A DNA stretch of 64,000 bases from a virus. The notes below the pieces were generated by a model that did no database searches, had not been told where the DNA came from, and saw only the letters and a list, made by a program, of their open reading frames with translations. This document shows positions 58,680 to 64,000 of the stretch, piece after piece (the first letter of the stretch is position 1; each line of letters starts with the position of its first letter). Made by a program: the position numbers and the translations under genes. The stretch is taken from IMG/VR virus record IMGVR_UViG_3300010354_000053, positions 32,001 through 96,000 of that record; one strand, given 5' to 3'.

Positions 58680-59593
58680 TAGATAGTTTCCCGATTTAAA
58701 ACAAAAATGCTATCTGTATCGACTTTCTGTTCAGCTTTAACTGTTAATTCGACACAATCTACACCATTTGATTCTGTTATAATCCACTGTTCTTGTAAAG
58801 AACCATTTATAGAATGTTGTGTAATCCAAACGTTAGATTCAGGAAAATCTACACTGCGGCTTAATGCAGAATGAGAAAATGTAACTTCTTCCATGCCGTT
58901 ATTCATCAAATACATTCTACTTTGCTTTAATAAATATCTAAGAACACAGGAGATTGTTTCTGCAAGTTCTGGATCTCCCGCAATATTGAGGTAAACAGAA
59001 ATTTTTACTCGATCAAATGAAGACCCTATTAGCCGATTTTTTGATTTTAATGGACTTACAGCTTTCCAATTCGCCAAAGGTAGAGTTTTATCCGCTTTTA
59101 TACTCAAAACTAAAACTAAATCATCGTTTTCATCTGCTTGAAAATCGATTATTTGTGATTCAAACTTTTTATTTTTGACTAAAAGTCTTCTCCAAATTTT
59201 ATTTCTTAGATTTAAATCTTTGCTAACAACAATATTTCCGTCATTATTAATATTTTTAATGTCAAAAGACGCATAAGTTTTTGGATTTATGGCAACTTTT
59301 TCGATTCCTGCATAGTCTCCAATAAATTGCTGTTCCTCAGAACCGCCCTCATAGGTAACGCATATATTCGGCAATTTATCTAAATCAAGACGATAGCCTA
59401 AAACAAAATTAAAGTCGTTTTCTGAAAACCATTTGATAGCTTTATCAATATATTGCGCACCATATATATCTGTCATTTCGCTGTTAATATCAAATCCACC
59501 AAGAAGAAACTCTAAATGTTCTGGTTTTTCTCGTAAAAACGCGAATTGCTTTTTAAGATATTGAAGAACATATAGATGAGGAAGAAGAATCAT
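58679..59593 (-). CDS. Tail terminator / neck protein
   Basis: LPNICVTY..GSEEQQFIGD pattern; upstream of sheath. Confidence 0.55.
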   Translation of the reverse strand: MILLPHLYVLQYLKKQFAFLREKPEHLEFLLGGFDINSEMTDIYGAQYIDKAIKWFSENDFNFVLGYRLDLDKLPNICVTYEGGSEEQQFIGDYAGIEKVAINPKTYASFDIKNINNDGNIVVSKDLNLRNKIWRRLLVKNKKFESQIIDFQADENDDLVLVLSIKADKTLPLANWKAVSPLKSKNRLIGSSFDRVKISVYLNIAGDPELAETISCVLRYLLKQSRMYLMNNGMEEVTFSHSALSRSVDFPESNVWITQHSINGSLQEQWIITESNGVDCVELTVKAEQKVDTDSIFVLNRETI

Positions 59594-59602
59594 AGTGGTT
59601 TC

Positions 59603-60457
59603 CTATTCCGGCACGGCGCTAAACGCTCTTTCTAACAAATTTTCAAGAGTGCTTTCAAAAATAGCCTTTTCGTTTTCGTTCTGCCAATCTAAAACTTTAG
59701 AATAGATTTCTTTTCCTGAAAAGCCAGGGTGCATCCACTCAGATGTTCCTGGTTTTGCGCTCATAGTTCGAAAAATAACATACTTTGTTTTAACAACCTT
59801 AGTTTTTCGCCCAGTTGTTTCAAAAGTTTGTTCTCTTATTAGTGTCCCGACCTCGTCGCTTCTCGTTATAGATTTTTGTATGGTTCGACCTTCGGCGTCT
59901 CTTGCTTCTTTCAAGAAAGAAAATTTGGCTTCCTGCAAAACAGAATTTAATTTAGCTTGCACTTCAATTTCTTTAGACGTAAGAACTGTCTGCTGTGCAG
60001 AAAATGGCACAGCTCTTTTCTGTAGTGTCCTAAGAGTGTCTAGTTTTACATTTTTACCAGGCATTTCTCGTGACAATGGGATCGTTTTATACGGAAATCC
60101 TTTCTTAGAAATTTTTACATTTCCTGATCCAAGAATTTTTTCTTTCATATTAAAAGGCTTTGCTCCAGCTTCAATGATTCCAATAGCGGGAGAAGATGGA
60201 GAAAAATATATATTGTTTGTATTTCCGACGGGAAAAATTTTGAATGAGGTGATGTAAGCATCTATGACATCTGGATCATCAACGCTTTGTAGAACAATCG
60301 CAAAAACCGCCTGTTCTAGACGCGTTTTTACAATTTCTCTTGTAATTTTTTCTAGATTCTTTCGTATTTCTGCCTGCTCGAATGATTCGATATATTCAAT
60401 ATACTCGTCATAGAAAGACATGTCCTCGTAGAGCTCGTCTAGCTTATCCCTTCCCAT
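59603..60457 (-). CDS. Neck / tail-completion protein
   Basis: IEAGAKPFNMK, GFPYKTIP, YVIFRTMS...WMHPGF. Confidence 0.65.
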   Translation of the reverse strand: MGRDKLDELYEDMSFYDEYIEYIESFEQAEIRKNLEKITREIVKTRLEQAVFAIVLQSVDDPDVIDAYITSFKIFPVGNTNNIYFSPSSPAIGIIEAGAKPFNMKEKILGSGNVKISKKGFPYKTIPLSREMPGKNVKLDTLRTLQKRAVPFSAQQTVLTSKEIEVQAKLNSVLQEAKFSFLKEARDAEGRTIQKSITRSDEVGTLIREQTFETTGRKTKVVKTKYVIFRTMSAKPGTSEWMHPGFSGKEIYSKVLDWQNENEKAIFESTLENLLERAFSAVPE

Positions 60458-60476
60458 GTCCCTTTCCTTATATATA

Positions 60477-60502
60477 TACCCCATATTACTTAAAGCCAAC
60501 TG
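60477..60502 (-). promoter_or_regulatory. Conserved upstream element / promoter CAGTTGGCTTTAAGTAATATGGGGTA
   Basis: Near-identical to 4428-4454. Confidence 0.55.
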
Positions 60503-60532
60503 TGAAGAAAGACTAAAGAAAGGGAAAACTTA

Positions 60533-61132
60533 TCAAGACATACTCAAAAGATTGTTCTTAACTAGATCTAGAACTTGCTTCTCTTGGTCCGATAATCCAG
60601 AACAGCTGTCAATAATTTTTTGATAAATATTATCACCGGCATCAGCAGAAGCTTCGACTCCAATCATTGCTGAAACAGCCTCGAGAAGAGACTGTGGTTT
60701 TATTTCTTCTACGTTTTTTACCATTGGTTCAGCGGTCGTAGATTGTGCTAGCTCTTCCGGTTTTGGGGCTGAAATTTCAGCCATGGCTTGCTCGTGGGCC
60801 TTCTTTTCTTTAGACATCGTTCGCTTGAGCATATTAACTTCGCGTTTTAAATCTTGAATTTTATTGAAAAGAATTTCTAAATCTTTTGGCATCAGTTCGC
60901 TATCTCTTAATGCCTTGAAATCGTGATAATTTAGTTGATCGTGAAGGATTAAATCGCCTAAATCCTCTGGCATAACGTCACGAGATTGCAGCAAGTTGAA
61001 AAACATAGGAATTGGAACATGTTTCTTTTCTAAAAGACTGTAAAGGCCATCTTCGTTTTCGCCATGACCATAATAAACCGGCTTGTCGTGCATGGTGTAA
61101 ATTTTCATAGAAAGGATTTTAGGCTCTTTCAT
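60533..61132 (-). CDS. Hypothetical protein
   Basis: 199-aa ORF in neck operon. Confidence 0.6.
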   Translation of the reverse strand: MKEPKILSMKIYTMHDKPVYYGHGENEDGLYSLLEKKHVPIPMFFNLLQSRDVMPEDLGDLILHDQLNYHDFKALRDSELMPKDLEILFNKIQDLKREVNMLKRTMSKEKKAHEQAMAEISAPKPEELAQSTTAEPMVKNVEEIKPQSLLEAVSAMIGVEASADAGDNIYQKIIDSCSGLSDQEKQVLDLVKNNLLSMS

Positions 61133-61138
61133 TTTTTT

Positions 61139-62011
61139 TTAGCTCCTCGAATTCTTTGTTCTCTCAGGTTCTATGTTTTTTGGCCATTCGGGCAAATCAA
61201 TACCAGACGAATCTATCCATAACATTTTTAACACAGCTGATCCCGCAATGTAAGTAGGAAAGCTGGGTTTTGAGTCATTTCCTGTTTCATTTGAAAATAC
61301 AGTTCTGAAGACTCTGGGCGTAGATAACACAGAAAAATAAGGTTTGGTCCAATACACTATTGATAAAGTTTCACCGCGGCCTTTTCCGGAATCCCATAGC
61401 GGTCTTTTTCCGATCCATTCAATCATATGTTCTGTGATAATAAAATCAACGCCATTTTCATAACGATTATTGCGACCATCGACTAAATAATCAATATCTA
61501 AAATAGGAAATTTTAAACGTTGTAAACCATTTGGTTTATATTCAAACAGCTCTTGTGTTAAAACAGTAACGCCATTGTCGATAGTAACAATATCATTTTT
61601 TCTTAAATAGACGCGTTCTTTGTCAGAGCGATCTTCTTCATAATAAGAAGTGTAATTAACGGACGAAATGGCATGGGTTCCGTGAACGCCTTGAATAATG
61701 TATTGGTCTTGCCAGTTAAGTTGCTGGATGGCAATATAAAAAGGTTTAGGATCATAGAGGTTGTAGCCAGGAATGTCTGTTTTTTCATCCAAAAATACCC
61801 CGGCTGCGGGGGTTTCTCTACTGGCTACTAGCGCATGCCTCCAGTGCATAGCCTTGAATCCCTTAGATCTAACTAAGTTATCATGTGCTTCGTCACTGAA
61901 GATACCACCCGGAACTGCAGGGCCATATGGATGGATACCTCCCGGCAGACCTTTGTATTCACTCGAAGTCTTTGATCCAGTCAAAAAATTTGGCGGTTTT
62001 TTATCGACCAT
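61139..62011 (-). CDS. Head closure / neck protein
   Basis: LVRSKGFKAMHWRHA, RLKFPI, YENGVDF, SIVYWTKPYF. Confidence 0.55.
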   Translation of the reverse strand: MVDKKPPNFLTGSKTSSEYKGLPGGIHPYGPAVPGGIFSDEAHDNLVRSKGFKAMHWRHALVASRETPAAGVFLDEKTDIPGYNLYDPKPFYIAIQQLNWQDQYIIQGVHGTHAISSVNYTSYYEEDRSDKERVYLRKNDIVTIDNGVTVLTQELFEYKPNGLQRLKFPILDIDYLVDGRNNRYENGVDFIITEHMIEWIGKRPLWDSGKGRGETLSIVYWTKPYFSVLSTPRVFRTVFSNETGNDSKPSFPTYIAGSAVLKMLWIDSSGIDLPEWPKNIEPERTKNSRS

Positions 62012-62124
62012 GAATTACCTCTTATTTTCTATTATCACACACAATTTATCAGGGGGCCGGTATTTATTTTTGTTGAGAATGATACATACTATTAGAAATC
62101 AACTCTCTAACTGGGGGTACCGAA

Positions 62125-62682
62125 TTGTCCTCAAAGCCTTCTTTCGAAATTTATCTTATTCGCTCAAATCCACTCTATGAAAATTTACCGAGGGTTTTTA
62201 TCACAAAAACAAAAAACGAAAAAATAATATGGGCGTATGAAATTGACGAAATCCAAGAAGCTCTTTTTGATAATGAATTTTGTTTAGAAGAAGCTGAATT
62301 ATTAGGAACAATACAAAGTTTAAACCAAGAAACTGAATCTGTAAATCTATCTACACCAGAAAGAAAAGAACTTTTTTCAGTAGAGCTCACTAAGAAAATT
62401 CTATGGACAGTTGAGACACTTATGGGTGATCATCTAATTGCAAAGATGGGTAGTGTAGTTTATGCCGCAAGGCCAAAAAAAGCTCAAAGAACACCGGAAA
62501 TCGACCAAGCCGAACAAAATGAAATTAAATCAAAAATAGAAAAGCTGGAATTTAAGAACAAAACTAATAAAAAACAACGCCACGAAGATATGTTCATAGA
62601 TGAAGATGAGGTAGAAGAATATGTACTCAAAAATCGCAAAGGCAGTCGCGGCGTCTATAATTCAAAAAACGAAAGGCATTGA
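62125..62682 (+). CDS. Hypothetical protein
   Basis: GGGGG RBS, TTG start. Confidence 0.55.
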   Translation: MSSKPSFEIYLIRSNPLYENLPRVFITKTKNEKIIWAYEIDEIQEALFDNEFCLEEAELLGTIQSLNQETESVNLSTPERKELFSVELTKKILWTVETLMGDHLIAKMGSVVYAARPKKAQRTPEIDQAEQNEIKSKIEKLEFKNKTNKKQRHEDMFIDEDEVEEYVLKNRKGSRGVYNSKNERH

Positions 62683-63115
62683 TTCGGCACCTGTACTTGA
62701 AGAGTTGCAAGCATCCGGGGTGGATAACGATCTTTTGCAAGAAATTGTTCATCTTTTAGACAGATGCAATTTAATTTATGAATCGGGCGTTCCTGATTAT
62801 GCAACGGATATTGCAAAAAATAATATTTCTTCTCTAAAACGCAAAATTCTTCTCGGAAAAACCGATAAATGTATTGAAGAAGAATTAAGATTGTTGAATC
62901 AACCCGTAAAAATTTATTTAGGAATAAATTATAGTCGAAATACAGAAAACATGTATGTGAAATCTGATAATGGAGAAATTTTGACAATAAAAAAAATGAG
63001 TAACGTTGCCGATCTTAACAATCATATTGCAACGCATTCAGATAAAGTGGTATATTTTAATGATGAATTAGTATTTATTGATAAAAATACTTCAGGGCAT
63101 ATTAATCTGCAATAA
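62621..63115 (+). CDS. Hypothetical protein
   Basis: GAGGT RBS. Confidence 0.55.
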   Translation: MYSKIAKAVAASIIQKTKGIDSAPVLEELQASGVDNDLLQEIVHLLDRCNLIYESGVPDYATDIAKNNISSLKRKILLGKTDKCIEEELRLLNQPVKIYLGINYSRNTENMYVKSDNGEILTIKKMSNVADLNNHIATHSDKVVYFNDELVFIDKNTSGHINLQ

Positions 63116-63155
63116 TTCCTGATATAATATTATTGGGAATAATCAAGGAGAAGCC

Positions 63156-63917
63156 GTGCATATTTATGGTATTGCCGCCACTGAAACAAAAGATCGCACC
63201 GGTGAATCTATTGATTTGAATGGAATGGATATTTCAGACGTTCGTCTTTTAAACGATGAACATAGCTCTGATAGATTTTTTGAAATCCTAGGATATATTA
63301 GCGAATCAAAAAAGATTTTCTCAGAAAAAGATTGTGAAGATGAATATCAACTTAGATGTTGGAATTCATTAAAAAAACCTTTTTTGTATATTGCTGGTAA
63401 GCTCATGGACGACCACCCAAATGCTCAAAGCGCATCAGCGCTTATCAAATATAGCATTCAAAATCCTAATTATCCAGTCGGTTTATCGGTAGAAGGGATG
63501 ACGGTTGAAAGGCAAGGGAACAAGCTTTTAAAAACAAAAGTAAAAAATGTTTCTTTAACTATTAAGCCCGCAAATCCAGAGTGTAAAATCTTTGCTAAGA
63601 CCGATTTGACTAAAAATTTTGAAAAAATTGATCTTCCAGAAAAATATAAAAATGTTCATGATGGTCGTAAACAGTTCCGTGAATTGCCGTCTAAAGAAAA
63701 AAGACTATTGGCAAAAAGCGAGTTATTAAAAGAATTAACAGATCTCGCTAAATCAAATAATGAACCAGAAATTTTTGGTGCTACTGTAATGAAGTGTTGG
63801 AACTGTGGAGAAGGAAAGATGTTCATGAAAAGCAGACTCCCTAATAGGTGTTCTGCGTGTAATGAACGATTTACCATGTCTGATATTTATAAAGCTATGT
63901 GCCAAAAAGCTGATTAA
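63156..63917 (+). CDS. Prohead protease (HK97/herpes fold) with C-terminal Zn ribbon
   Basis: IYGIAATETKDRTGE, LNDEH, GLSVEG, VSLTIKPANP; CWNC...CSAC. Confidence 0.85.
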   Translation: MHIYGIAATETKDRTGESIDLNGMDISDVRLLNDEHSSDRFFEILGYISESKKIFSEKDCEDEYQLRCWNSLKKPFLYIAGKLMDDHPNAQSASALIKYSIQNPNYPVGLSVEGMTVERQGNKLLKTKVKNVSLTIKPANPECKIFAKTDLTKNFEKIDLPEKYKNVHDGRKQFRELPSKEKRLLAKSELLKELTDLAKSNNEPEIFGATVMKCWNCGEGKMFMKSRLPNRCSACNERFTMSDIYKAMCQKAD

Positions 63918-63930
63918 GAGGATTAAAAAA

Positions 63931-64000
63931 ATGTCTTCAGGATTATTTATTAAGGACAACTCGCAAATCAGAAGTGAATATGCAGAGTTATGGGCTCCAG
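63931..64000 (+). CDS. Start of next ORF, partial
   Basis: GAGGA RBS then ATG MSSGLFIKDNSQ... Confidence 0.5.
   Translation, partial: MSSGLFIKDNSQIRSEYAELWAP

Noticed and set aside
1-64000. CRISPR array, tRNA genes, integrase, stop-codon recoding
   Set aside because: No spaced direct repeats, cloverleafs or recombinase were seen by eye (tRNAscan not run); genes are full-length in code 11 with TAA, TAG and TGA all used as stops

Overview
64 kb from a large, AT-rich lytic myovirus (standard genetic code). It has SPO1/Twort-type virion genes: major capsid, portal, terminase, HK97-type prohead protease, scaffold, a 950-aa tail sheath, neck proteins, baseplate and fibres. These are scattered among replication genes: DnaE-type polymerase, DnaB helicase, TOPRIM primase, class Ia RNR, a T4-like UvsX/UvsY/gp32/gp46/gp47 set, GroEL, ClpP and a GMP reductase-like enzyme. 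Main highlights: (1) a thymidine-hypermodification gene set (P-loop kinase, amino acid:DNA transferase, flavin oxidoreductase, deaminase, aGPT-Pplase1-type protein) with an adjacent amidoligase plus LMW phosphatase, suggesting an uncharacterised modified base; one component sits translationally coupled between terS and terL. (2) An intein-less DnaE split into two genes about 12 kb apart on opposite strands. (3) A lysis cassette whose third gene looks like a single-chain spanin with a C-terminal outer-membrane beta anchor. (4) A recurring K-S/K-A protease-site motif marking probable head-packaged proteins. All family calls come from motif recognition by eye; no database searches were run.
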